Below, piece after piece: positions 27,996 through 37,026 of a stretch of DNA of 59,830 bases. The stretch lies in the IMG/VR virus record IMGVR_UViG_3300036987_000543, positions 1 to 59,830 of that record, one strand, 5' to 3'. Position numbers and translations under genes: made by a program. Under the pieces are notes generated by a model. That model did not search any database. It was not told where the DNA came from and was given only the letters and a program-made list of their open reading frames with translations. The first letter of the stretch is position 1, and each line of letters begins with the position of its first letter. Origin of the DNA: a virus. Its lineage: Duplodnaviria; Caudoviricetes.

Positions 27996-29468
27996 TTAAA
28001 GAAATCCGAGTGAAGTTTTATCAAGATTTTTGGGCAAGTCTATCTTGCCGCTTATGTAATAATCAATTGCATAGCATAATAAGTCTACATACTCATCATG
28101 TGTTTTCAATGGGAAGCCGCATACCTCATCAATGAATGATTCGTTCCAGTCGCCTTCTACAAGATACACCCGGCCACATTCAACCGAAGGGGAAGCAGCG
28201 TTTAGCCTGGTCTCTTTGCTGTCCGATGGGGAAGGGGTTTCAGTAACATTTAGCTTGGTTTCACGCTTGAGCTGTTGTATGACACTTTTTCCATTGGCTT
28301 TTGGTTCAATCCTAAGGGTTGATCGTGAATCGTAATTGTTTCCGCTTAGGTAACCCGGCAGGAACTTGATCAGGTCTGGAAACTCCTTGTATAGCTTTCT
28401 GGCGTCAAATATGAATAGGGCATTGTTGACGTATGTAGTGGCAATAATGCCTGAGGGGTCATTGTCTGACTTTTTCTTCTTTTCGTCATATGCTGTGTCG
28501 AGGAAGAAATGTACCGGTGCCCGGCCACGAATGGCCATGAACTGAGCCAGTGATATCTTTCTAAACCATTCCTCTTTGATGATGTTTCCACCCTCTACAG
28601 TCGGGGACTGGTCATATTGCCCGGCATATCCTTTACTGCCAAGGTCCACCTTTGCTTCATCAAGCACTTTTCGAGACAACCTTACCGGATCGAGCAGACC
28701 ATCTATGTATCTCTCCTTCAATTCCGGAGGCTTGACGTTCTCTGAAGCTTCGGCCGGCAGACAGATATGCCGGATATTTTCTGTTTTCTTTTTGAGTAGA
28801 TATCCGGTTGGATCGTCCTCATGCAGTCGCTGCATGATGGTAACCACAGGGGTATTTTCCTTGTTTACCTTACGTGATGACAGGGTTTTGGTATGATTGT
28901 TGGCTGCTAGCCTGAGACTGTCAGAGGTAGCTTGTTTTGGGTTCAGTGGGTCGTCATTAATGATAACATGTCCGTGCTTGCCGGTAATTGTACCACCTGT
29001 TGAGGTTGAGTATCTGGCCCCTGTCTTAGTGTTTTCATAGCTCCCTTTCGCTGATTTGTCAATTCTGATTTTTACCTCTGGGAACAGCAGCTTATACCTG
29101 TCACTGGTAATGATGTCCTTTGATTTGGAAGCGTGATCAATAGAAAGGTCTGCCGAATATGAATTTGTGATGATTCTCAGGGCCGGGTCTTGTGTCCATA
29201 GCCAGGCTGGCCACATCACCGTGACGATGGTTGACTTGGTGGTACCCGGGGGAATGTTTATGATGATGTCATATGGTTTGGGCTTACGTGCTACAATGGA
29301 TTTTGAAAGCTCCTGTAGTTCCTGGCATAGGTACTCAATATGCCAGTTATAGACCGGTTCTTCTTTGATGATGACTTCCCAGAAAGTCCTTACAAAGTAG
29401 AAGAAGTCTTTTCTGCATTCACTTGCCTGTACACTTAGCGCCATTCTGATAACATTATCCGTTAACAT
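27996..29468 (-). CDS. terL: Terminase large subunit
   Basis: INIPPGTTKS Walker A variant, INDDP, IMQRLHEDD, and nuclease motifs FLDTA...IEPKANG...HDEYVD. Confidence 0.93.
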   Translation of the reverse strand: MLTDNVIRMALSVQASECRKDFFYFVRTFWEVIIKEEPVYNWHIEYLCQELQELSKSIVARKPKPYDIIINIPPGTTKSTIVTVMWPAWLWTQDPALRIITNSYSADLSIDHASKSKDIITSDRYKLLFPEVKIRIDKSAKGSYENTKTGARYSTSTGGTITGKHGHVIINDDPLNPKQATSDSLRLAANNHTKTLSSRKVNKENTPVVTIMQRLHEDDPTGYLLKKKTENIRHICLPAEASENVKPPELKERYIDGLLDPVRLSRKVLDEAKVDLGSKGYAGQYDQSPTVEGGNIIKEEWFRKISLAQFMAIRGRAPVHFFLDTAYDEKKKKSDNDPSGIIATTYVNNALFIFDARKLYKEFPDLIKFLPGYLSGNNYDSRSTLRIEPKANGKSVIQQLKRETKLNVTETPSPSDSKETRLNAASPSVECGRVYLVEGDWNESFIDEVCGFPLKTHDEYVDLLCYAIDYYISGKIDLPKNLDKTSLGFL

Positions 29469-29868
29469 TGAGACTTTCTGCTATTTTGAGCAATAGTTTC
29501 CTTTCTTCTTCTCCCAGCGTACTTGTGTCTACATCCATTGCAATTGGGGATCCATTAATGCCGCCTATCTCATGCCGTTCACTGTACCCTCGGTTCTTTC
29601 CTTTCGTTTTGAGGTAGAAGATTATAGCTGTTGTGTCCTCATTCTTGATTTTCTTCAGTAGTGCGGCCTCGGCCACATCAATCTGAAGTTCCTGTATATC
29701 CTCGGCCTTGCGTTTAAATTCCGGATCCTCTTTGCACCAATTGTAATAAGTGACCCTGCTGATGCCGGCCTTCTCACAGGCGTATGCGACAATTCCGGAA
29801 GTCTCCCGGAGACAGTCAAGCAGCTTTGCCTTTTTCTTCTTTTTCGATAGCCTTTCACCTTGCCTCAT
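29455..29868 (-). CDS. terS: Terminase small subunit (HTH)
   Basis: ACEKAGISRVTYYNW HTH and TAIIFYLKTKGKNRGY; overlaps terL. Confidence 0.85.
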   Translation of the reverse strand: MRQGERLSKKKKKAKLLDCLRETSGIVAYACEKAGISRVTYYNWCKEDPEFKRKAEDIQELQIDVAEAALLKKIKNEDTTAIIFYLKTKGKNRGYSERHEIGGINGSPIAMDVDTSTLGEEERKLLLKIAESLNVNG

Positions 29869-30937
29869 CGGGATAGTCTTTAGAATCCTCTAAAAGCTTC
29901 CCGGTTACAACCCTCACAGTCCTGTTCTTTGGGTCTCCAGCTATTAATATTTGATAAATCCTCCGGCATGTGTCTGATGTTGTTTTTGGGCTTACACGGG
30001 CGAATAACTTCTTCACCTGTTTGTACCCGGGGTATTGGTCTGGGTGTTGGGATGCCTTCTTTAATTCCTCCCTTAAGATTACACGATAGTCTTTGTCAAT
30101 ACTGAAATTATCATCCTGTCGAGAAGACCGGAACATATCCGTGTCCCAATAGAGCATTACAAGGTCTGCATTGGGCTCTCTCTTTACAATCTTCTCAAAT
30201 AGGTTTGGGTAAAACTCGAGTACCTTTGGAAGGGTCTTAATGGTGTCAATGCTGAAAAATTGACTGATGCGCAGTTTGTTAACCGGCACGCCTGTTTTGT
30301 AGAGGTACAGGTAAGTCTCCGGAAACTTCAGGTTGTTTCTCTCAATATAAAGCCATACGTCATTGTCTCTCCAGTCATAGATAGGGTAGAGGAACTTTGA
30401 CTTATGTTGACCGGCAATTGATTGCCTTCTTTGGACAGACTCATAGACTCTAAGGCCAACCATCTGGTAAATATTCTGAAACAGGTACTTTGAAAAAGCC
30501 TGGTAAGTCATACCAAGTGAGAAGTCCTTGTGATGTCTGATAGCGAATTTGGGCATAGGACGAATCCACAGATCTTCCTTGCCAGGTTCCCAACAAATGA
30601 AGCTCTCGTCATTCTCCAGACGGTTGCAGCAATTGTAATGCTTGATCGGCAGACAGAACCAGTAGAACTTTGCTCCCAGAGATAGAAACAGGGACCGCCA
30701 CTCTATAACGATCTGTTCAAAATCCGGGTAAATACCTTCTTCATCATAGAAAACAACAATTAACCTGCTGAAGTCAATGTTATACTTCTGCATGGTTTTG
30801 ATAACAATATCAGCCATGCAAATAGAGTCCTTTCCACCGGAGAAGGACATGCTTATGTACTTGTGCTTATTGAAGGATTCCAGAACCCTTCTCTCAGCTG
30901 CAGTTACAACATCAACATCGAGCGTTTTCGTTTTCAT
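29855..30937 (-). CDS. PAPS-reductase-family PP-loop adenylating enzyme (IbrA/DndC-like)
   Basis: SFSGGKDS PP-loop, FYWFCLP, VGLRVYESVQRR and YPIYDWRDNDVW; overlaps terS by 14 nt. Confidence 0.88.
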   Translation of the reverse strand: MKTKTLDVDVVTAAERRVLESFNKHKYISMSFSGGKDSICMADIVIKTMQKYNIDFSRLIVVFYDEEGIYPDFEQIVIEWRSLFLSLGAKFYWFCLPIKHYNCCNRLENDESFICWEPGKEDLWIRPMPKFAIRHHKDFSLGMTYQAFSKYLFQNIYQMVGLRVYESVQRRQSIAGQHKSKFLYPIYDWRDNDVWLYIERNNLKFPETYLYLYKTGVPVNKLRISQFFSIDTIKTLPKVLEFYPNLFEKIVKREPNADLVMLYWDTDMFRSSRQDDNFSIDKDYRVILREELKKASQHPDQYPGYKQVKKLFARVSPKTTSDTCRRIYQILIAGDPKNRTVRVVTGKLLEDSKDYPDEAR

Positions 30938-31455
30938 TGATACCTCCTCAGAACCTCTGCCTTATTGAATGTTTGGCGTTTGATAACTGTTTTCAGGAAT
31001 GTCTCCCTGTCAATCTTTGACAGCCGGAAGATCTCCTCACGGCTCATTCCGATCTCTTTTGAAATTTCATCCACCGTCTTGCCTTTGTCGAGCAATGACT
31101 TGACTATGTTCTCCATGGGTTCAAGAAGATGTGTTCCCCGGGCCCGGTTAAAGGTGACCGTACCGTACATGTTCTTACTTTCGTCCTCATGGGCCACAAT
31201 GACAACAGGTATTTTGCCACCTAGTATTGTTTTCAGAGGCTCTCTTCCGGAGACAAGCCAGCGATGGAACCCGTCAATGATTGTGTAATCAGGACGAATT
31301 ACGATAGGGAAACAGAAGCCGTTGGTAAGTATGGATTGCATCAAAAGCTTGAGGTTTTTCTCAAGAACTTTGTTAGGGTTGTAGTCATTAGGACGAATCA
31401 ATTCCCTGTTAATGAATTGCATCTCCCTGAGTGGCTTAAATAGGTCTTTTTCCAT
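30934..31455 (-). CDS. ParB/Srx-domain protein (IbrB-like)
   Basis: PNDYNPN, IIDGFHRW and TVTFNRARGTH, plus a C-terminal HTH; likely start MEKDLF at 31455. Confidence 0.88.
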   Translation of the reverse strand: MEKDLFKPLREMQFINRELIRPNDYNPNKVLEKNLKLLMQSILTNGFCFPIVIRPDYTIIDGFHRWLVSGREPLKTILGGKIPVVIVAHEDESKNMYGTVTFNRARGTHLLEPMENIVKSLLDKGKTVDEISKEIGMSREEIFRLSKIDRETFLKTVIKRQTFNKAEVLRRYQ

Positions 31456-31457
31456 GA

Positions 31458-32036
31458 TCAGAAATTGATTAGTTGTCCGCAGTGTGGGCATGTCATTGTC
31501 CTTACTCCGCTCATTCCGGCTTCGATGTTTTCAAACTGTGCATCAACAGCGGCTTCATGTTCCGGAGTGAAGTTGTCGCCTCTTTGCGGTGGCTTTGTGA
31601 AGTCAACCCCCATATTGTCTGGCGATATCTCATTGATGATCGTGTCGAGGTACTCAGGGGAAAAGCCGATGATATCCAGTTCCCCGATCTGCTTGATGAT
31701 CTTCTCAACCTCCGTGAAGTTCACATAACTCATTGACTGAATCTTGTTGTCTTCAATGAGAAGCTTCATCTTTTGCTTTTCAGTGAGGCCTCGTATGATG
31801 GTTACCTTGGCTGTTTTCTCTCCCTTTTTCTCAAGGGCCAGACGTTTACCATGGCCACAGAGTATCTGATAATCTTCATCACAGATGATCGGATAATACT
31901 GACCGTATCTTTCCATGCTCTGTACCAGAGCATCAATTTGGGCGTGTGTATGTGTGTTGGGATTTCCAGGGAAGTCCTTGAGAAGAGACAGGTTAAGGGT
32001 TGTTTCTTCATGTTTTACTTTAGCTTGCTTTGCCAT
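31458..32036 (-). CDS. ParB/Srx N-terminal-domain protein with C-terminal CPHCG zinc-ribbon half
   Basis: NPNTH, YPIICDEDYQILCGHGKRLAL and IEDNK; likely start MAKQAK at 32036. Confidence 0.82.
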   Translation of the reverse strand: MAKQAKVKHEETTLNLSLLKDFPGNPNTHTHAQIDALVQSMERYGQYYPIICDEDYQILCGHGKRLALEKKGEKTAKVTIIRGLTEKQKMKLLIEDNKIQSMSYVNFTEVEKIIKQIGELDIIGFSPEYLDTIINEISPDNMGVDFTKPPQRGDNFTPEHEAAVDAQFENIEAGMSGVRTMTCPHCGQLINF

Positions 32037-32829
32037 GATTTTGGAGTATTGATTTTGCTTCGTTGAAATAATCTGCTGCAATGTGTAATGTCTCCGGACT
32101 GATTTGGTAAAGCAGTTCCCAGGAATGTTCGCGGCCAAGGCTTGAAGTCTGAACCGGCCAGACCCCGGTGCCGTTTATCCATCCTTGAGGATCATCATAG
32201 ATTGGTGGAAGATTCCTGTTCTTGTAATAGTGGCATACTGCCAACACATGTTCATGCTTCCAGTGTGCGATAGGTGAAAAGCGGGTTACACCAGACTTAT
32301 CGGTGTATATGTTCTGGCCACCGGAACCGGTATAATTGCCGTCCTGATGTCTGCGGCCAAGACAAATAATGTCAAGACTGGCATTTTTGTAGAAATCCTT
32401 TTGTGCTGCATGCTGAATGAGAGAGTACCAGGTTGCAAGATGCTTTGAATCCTCAGGAAATACCATATGGGGGTTTTGAAGCAGCCATTGATATCCAATG
32501 TTGGCATCCCATGTGACAAGTCCCGCGGGTTTGTTCAGGTGAATCCAACTCAGGTAGTGAGGATATTCCAGAGCCTGAGACAAGCCAATAACACAACTTC
32601 TGATTCCGGAGAGCTCACAGACGACCTGTAGGGCGATGCTGTCTTTTCCACCAGACCAGGCATAACCTGCTTTCTTGTTAGCGGTTTTTGATCTGATTGT
32701 TAAAACAGCATCAGCAACGAGGCTTTCAATATGGTCACGGGAAACAACCTTTTCGATGTTATCCCAAAGCCTTTGAAAAGCCTCATTGCTGGCAGTTTGT
32801 TTTCTGCCTGGTGTCAGGACTTTTTGCAT
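32020..32829 (-). CDS. Second PAPS-reductase-family PP-loop enzyme
   Basis: AWSGGKDS, LGRRHQDGN and FSPIAHWKHEHVLA; the ATG at 32829 overlaps the upstream stop (TGATG). Confidence 0.82.
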   Translation of the reverse strand: MQKVLTPGRKQTASNEAFQRLWDNIEKVVSRDHIESLVADAVLTIRSKTANKKAGYAWSGGKDSIALQVVCELSGIRSCVIGLSQALEYPHYLSWIHLNKPAGLVTWDANIGYQWLLQNPHMVFPEDSKHLATWYSLIQHAAQKDFYKNASLDIICLGRRHQDGNYTGSGGQNIYTDKSGVTRFSPIAHWKHEHVLAVCHYYKNRNLPPIYDDPQGWINGTGVWPVQTSSLGREHSWELLYQISPETLHIAADYFNEAKSILQNHGKAS

Positions 32830-33428
32830 CAGATATGTATCGCTGTTGAAAGAGTGAATGAATCTGTGCCGGAATCGTACCTGAATTGTAACCATGACAG
32901 GTTAGTTAGTTTCACACGGGCATTGGTTACAAATCCTGGTCGGTCCCTGATCGAGTAACCGGCATTAACGATGAGATGTTTCCATGCATAACCCGCGAGG
33001 ATCTGTAATCGGTCATTGATTAAAAACCCGTCACTGCGGTATAGGTTATCCCATGTGAAGTCAACCATATAGCTTTTGAGTTTGACTGTTCCGGAAACCG
33101 TCTCGCTGAATGATTCTGTCTTGAGGTCATAAATTGACCTGAAGAGCAGGTAATACTTCTGCTGATAGTTCACGTTTAGCCAAAGCTGAGGGATAGCCGC
33201 TTCTCGGTTGAAGTTGTACTGGAGTACCGGTGTAAATGATATCCATTCGGCAGGTTGCACCTTGTAACCCACAAATGGGGAAGCGGAAAGCGATCCCGGG
33301 GCATTTACAGAGGTTGTCAATGGCAGCCAGTATCTGAACCTTGTCGGTTGCGTGATACCATCATAAACCTGCCCGGATAGGCTGACTGTCGCAAGCAGGA
33401 TCATCAGAATTGAAAAGAACCTTTTCAT
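32829..33428 (-). CDS. Secreted, probably outer-membrane beta-barrel protein
   Basis: Sec signal peptide with G|Q cleavage (Bacteroidetes N-terminal Gln rule); alternating aromatic/hydrophobic strands throughout. Confidence 0.55.
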   Translation of the reverse strand: MKRFFSILMILLATVSLSGQVYDGITQPTRFRYWLPLTTSVNAPGSLSASPFVGYKVQPAEWISFTPVLQYNFNREAAIPQLWLNVNYQQKYYLLFRSIYDLKTESFSETVSGTVKLKSYMVDFTWDNLYRSDGFLINDRLQILAGYAWKHLIVNAGYSIRDRPGFVTNARVKLTNLSWLQFRYDSGTDSFTLSTAIHI

Positions 33429-33736
33429 GTTTGAATAGAATTTAGGTGATTGAAACTTTTAATGATCTTGCGTAATGCGTTCCTGGCGTTGAGTGCCGTG
33501 ACGTAGATCGTGTCAGGTTCCTGGAAAGCTCTTTTGGTTTCTTTCTTTTGCCCTTTGACGTCAATCATCACCTGTGATTGAACTTCAACCTTTTTCAGGT
33601 GTGTTGTCTTAGTGTTAAAGGCAAAGAGACTGTGGCCGGGTTTGAGCCTTATCCGCCCCAGATGCTTGAATTCTTTTTGGGTCTCTGCAACAAGCTGTGT
33701 ATCGGGTTTGACCCTGGTTGGTTCAAAGTCGTACAT
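33425..33736 (-). CDS. Hypothetical phage protein
   Basis: ORF abutting or overlapping both neighbours. Confidence 0.65.
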   Translation of the reverse strand: MYDFEPTRVKPDTQLVAETQKEFKHLGRIRLKPGHSLFAFNTKTTHLKKVEVQSQVMIDVKGQKKETKRAFQEPDTIYVTALNARNALRKIIKSFNHLNSIQT

Positions 33737-33737
33737 A

Positions 33738-34007
33738 TCAGTTTTGGTGGATTGGTAAATTAGGTTTTTCGAAAAAGACCGTTTCTTCAGCTGACATCCA
33801 TACTGGTGGTTGTGTCTGACCGGACACTACAGAAAGCCATATACGGCCTGTTCGCTTAACCTTTTCGATTTCTTCTGGAGATAGCTCCCAGCATGAAATA
33901 CATTGTTTGCCATCGGTAAAGACAGGCAGGGGAGAGCATTCATCCTCTGACATGCCTGGCGGTGGCCCAAGCTGTTGGTTCTGCTCTTTAAACTTTACTG
34001 GTTTCAT
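33738..34007 (-). CDS. Hypothetical phage protein
   Basis: CSPLPV...ISCWELSPEE...GRIWLSV...QPPV pattern; overlaps the symporter stop. Confidence 0.7.
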   Translation of the reverse strand: MKPVKFKEQNQQLGPPPGMSEDECSPLPVFTDGKQCISCWELSPEEIEKVKRTGRIWLSVVSGQTQPPVWMSAEETVFFEKPNLPIHQN

Positions 34008-35394
34008 CTTTCACAGTGATTGAGATGATTCCAGAGGCAAGGATGGTGAAGAGTGAGCCGGTGACGATAAGGACTGTGTTGGCGGAGAAGTTTCCAATGG
34101 CGAAAATTGGTAGGCCAATGACCATGCTTGTAAGTAAGCCATAGAACAGACCTCTTTCGCTCATTCGGATGCCTTTGATGGCAAAGGCTGTCGGTAGCAT
34201 TACCGAGGCTCTCAGTGTGCCATAGATAAGAAAAAGGTGGAGGATCTTCAGTCCGGGAATGTTTGCGATCAGTATGGCCAGTACAGTTACATATACCATT
34301 GACCATTTAGCAAACTCCACTTCTGAGATTAGATCGAGTTTTCTGATTCTGTTGTATAGGTCATGACCAGTGACAGACGAAACAGCACATATGATGCTGT
34401 CCACTGTTGAGATAAGCCCCGAAAGGATCATCACCATGAACAAGTACAAGAACCAGTTAGGGGCAAAGGCAATCACAGCCCCTACATTTACAAGTTGTGT
34501 GTCCTGAATATCCAAACCTTTACCAGCTGCAAAGAACCCAAAGACGGCTAAGGAAATGGGTACGCAGGCAAATATTACAGCTGCCCAAAGGAATGCTTTT
34601 TTAACCTGTCCCTGCTTGATAGCAAATACACGTTGCCAGAACATCTGGTCACCGAAAGTGCCGGACAGTAGGCCTATTGTAGTGGGGATGCCAAATGCAA
34701 GGGTGACGGCCAGACCTTTGCCGGAGAACATGCCTTGGATATCACCGGCCTTTCCGGATAATCCCTCAATAAGTGTCTCCATGCCACCACCATTTATAAA
34801 CATGAAAGGCAAACCGAGTAACAACACTATCAATATCCATAGCATCTGCCAGTAGTCGGTAATGATACTTGCCCGGAGACCTTTTGCAAAAGTGTAAATC
34901 AGAGGAATGATCGCAAGTAGTATTGTAGTCAGCATAAAAGGTAGTCCGGTAATCTTCCACATGATGGTTGCCCCGGCAAGTAGCTGTACTGCCAGGCTAA
35001 GTGTCTGCAGCCCGAAACTCTCAATCAGGTATAGGTTATGGGTACGGTTACTGTACTTGCTCCGGATATAGTCAGAGAATGTCCATCCATCCGGATATTT
35101 TTTCCTCATCCATGTTGCAAAGTAGGCAAAGATCACAAGGGTAAGCACGTTAGGGACCACAAACCAAAATACGCCTACCCATCCTGATGTGAAGGCTTTC
35201 TCTGAGGCAACAAACATTGAAGGAGCCCATACCCATGTGGCAGCAAGTGAAAAGGCAGCCATCCATCCGGGGATAGACCTGTTTGCAAGTAGGTAATCAA
35301 GCTTCGTTGAACTCTTTCTTCCGATCATCCGAGTGATAAAAAAAACGGCCACGAAATAGGCGAGGATGAGCAGAAATCCTGTCGATTGTTCCAT
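33988..35394 (-). CDS. Sodium:solute symporter (SSS/SLC5; DUR3/PutP-like)
   Basis: About 13 TM segments; DYLLANRS, SLAATWVWA, TFSDYIRSKY, GLRASIITD, DQMFWQRVFA and ISTVDSII motifs. Confidence 0.88.
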   Translation of the reverse strand: MEQSTGFLLILAYFVAVFFITRMIGRKSSTKLDYLLANRSIPGWMAAFSLAATWVWAPSMFVASEKAFTSGWVGVFWFVVPNVLTLVIFAYFATWMRKKYPDGWTFSDYIRSKYSNRTHNLYLIESFGLQTLSLAVQLLAGATIMWKITGLPFMLTTILLAIIPLIYTFAKGLRASIITDYWQMLWILIVLLLGLPFMFINGGGMETLIEGLSGKAGDIQGMFSGKGLAVTLAFGIPTTIGLLSGTFGDQMFWQRVFAIKQGQVKKAFLWAAVIFACVPISLAVFGFFAAGKGLDIQDTQLVNVGAVIAFAPNWFLYLFMVMILSGLISTVDSIICAVSSVTGHDLYNRIRKLDLISEVEFAKWSMVYVTVLAILIANIPGLKILHLFLIYGTLRASVMLPTAFAIKGIRMSERGLFYGLLTSMVIGLPIFAIGNFSANTVLIVTGSLFTILASGIISITVKDETSKV

Positions 35395-35415
35395 GTCTTT
35401 TTATAGTGTTAAAGG

Positions 35416-35456
35416 TGTAAAAATCAAGGTAAAATTATATGTCCCTGTGATAGACA
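35416..35456 (-). promoter_or_regulatory. Putative phage late promoter, copy B (upstream of the symporter-to-portal operon)
   Basis: Minus strand TGTCTATCACAGGGACATATA-N10-GATTTTTACA; 18/21 identical to copy A, plus the shared ATTTTTACA at the same spacing. Confidence 0.65.
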
Positions 35457-35519
35457 CCTAATTTGAGCAGAAAATGTATTGTTTCCTGCTGATACACACA
35501 AAAAGAGGCTTTGGATAAG

Positions 35520-35554
35520 AAAAAAAACCGAACTACAGTATTGCAGTTTCAGTT
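35520..35554 (-). terminator. Rho-independent terminator just upstream of late promoter B
   Basis: AACTGAAACTGCA-ATAC-TGTAGTTCGGTT stem (one bulge, G-U pairs) followed by a T-run. Confidence 0.6.
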
Positions 35555-35749
35555 AATTAACACGGAAAAACTGTGATAAGGGTGAGATAAAAGGGGAGAT
35601 TAGCGGGTAAGTTTACACGGGTTTTAGGATCGTTTCAGATAGGTATCGGATAAGGTTGAAAAAATGATGCTGATGTTTAACCTGGATTGATAAAATTTAT
35701 ATTTTCGGTGAAATATTTTGTTTCGTCAAATGAAATAATTACATTCAGT

Positions 35750-36766
35750 ATGTCACAGTTCTTAGTCTCTATTAATGACGAACCGTCAATTCTTGACAAA
35801 AAAGATTCTAAAAAATGGATCAGTAGTGTTGAGTTCTACAGCACTATACTTGTCTTAGGTGGTTTAGGTATTTTGCTCTACACATATAGTCTTAGTTATA
35901 ATTGTAAGCTTGAGGGTGAAGATCGAGGTCAGTTCGGTGATTTTGTCGGTGGTGTTGTGGGATCAATGTGGGCCTTAGCAGGAGTGATTCTTTTTTATGC
36001 TGCTCTAAAACAACAAAGAATTGACAATAAGGATAATAACAGAGCAATACAAGAGCAGAATAGAAGTTCCAGACAACAAATAAACGCACTCAGAGCACAA
36101 ATCAGTGTAATGAGTAGGTCAAATGATTTGATAGCAAAGCAATTATCGACACAAAATAAACAACAATTTGAAGCGACGTTCTTCAGTTCTTTGAGATTTC
36201 ATGAAGCTAATGTGATAAACATTAATTATCAGAGGAAAATTAGCAACCCTTTTGAATATGAAATTTCAAAAAGTACTGTTCCATGGGCTCGTCGAGATTT
36301 TGAACCATATCTTGGTCGAGAGTCATTTCAACCTTTGTACTCTGAGTATAAGTACAAATTCCAGTCAACTAGGGACAACAAAAACAATGAAAAATCAGCT
36401 TCAGGAGATGACAAAAATACCTCTAATAATATTCAAACTAATTTATTAGCAGTAGTAAACGAAAGTTATCTTGATTTTTTTAGAGAACATCAGGCATCAT
36501 TAGGTCATTACTTCAGAACTATCTACCAAATAGTAAAACTGGTTGATAACTATGGGGGTGAAGACGCAAAATACTATACTAACTTTTTAAGGGCGCAATT
36601 TTCAACCTATGAACACATTCTGCTTTTTTACAATTGCCTAAGCGATATGGGGAGAGAAAGATTCCATCCATTAATTATTAAGTATCAGCTACTTAATAAT
36701 CTAAACAAAAAAGAACTAATTCACGAATCTCACATAGAGCTCTACCCTAAAAAAGCATACGAGTAG
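35750..36766 (+). CDS. Putative abortive-infection protein (putAbiC-like) with two N-terminal TMs
   Basis: GQFGDFVGG TM region; LGHYFRTIYQIVK...YTNFLRAQFSTYEHILLFYNCL signature; AT-rich. Likely ATG at 35750 (the ORF extends to 35687). Confidence 0.78.
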   Translation: MSQFLVSINDEPSILDKKDSKKWISSVEFYSTILVLGGLGILLYTYSLSYNCKLEGEDRGQFGDFVGGVVGSMWALAGVILFYAALKQQRIDNKDNNRAIQEQNRSSRQQINALRAQISVMSRSNDLIAKQLSTQNKQQFEATFFSSLRFHEANVININYQRKISNPFEYEISKSTVPWARRDFEPYLGRESFQPLYSEYKYKFQSTRDNKNNEKSASGDDKNTSNNIQTNLLAVVNESYLDFFREHQASLGHYFRTIYQIVKLVDNYGGEDAKYYTNFLRAQFSTYEHILLFYNCLSDMGRERFHPLIIKYQLLNNLNKKELIHESHIELYPKKAYE

Positions 36767-36774
36767 AAACTTCA

Positions 36775-37023
36775 TTAAAGGTCATCAATCTTAATCCCAG
36801 CTAAATATTCATCCACTATCTCCGGGTTTACAAACGTCCTGATGGTTACGAGTTCATGTGACTCGAAGTCAACAGTTATCGCAACATAGAAAGTATGCAT
36901 GCTATAAAGACGTACGATAGTGTTTTCAGTTATGGTTTCGTGAAGCAGAATGCCATGATTGAGCAAGGCATGTACCTGTTCTTGCTTTTCAAGTATCCGG
37001 AATTCATAGTGCCCGATGGACAT
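36775..37023 (-). CDS. Small Bacteroidetes hypothetical protein
   Basis: Starts 3 nt after the nuclease stop; resembles common Bacteroidetes ~80-aa proteins. Confidence 0.6.
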   Translation of the reverse strand: MSIGHYEFRILEKQEQVHALLNHGILLHETITENTIVRLYSMHTFYVAITVDFESHELVTIRTFVNPEIVDEYLAGIKIDDL

Positions 37024-37026
37024 GGC

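Noticed and set aside
29855-32829. Reading the PAPS-reductase-like genes as auxiliary sulfate-assimilation (cysH) genes
   Set aside because: No other sulfur-assimilation genes are present, and coupling to ParB and terminase genes fits the IbrA/DndC-like branch better; not formally excluded.
35560-35690. Scattered GATAA/GATAG words resembling a resolvase res site
   Set aside because: Irregular spacing, no clear dyads and no recombinase nearby; cannot be supported.
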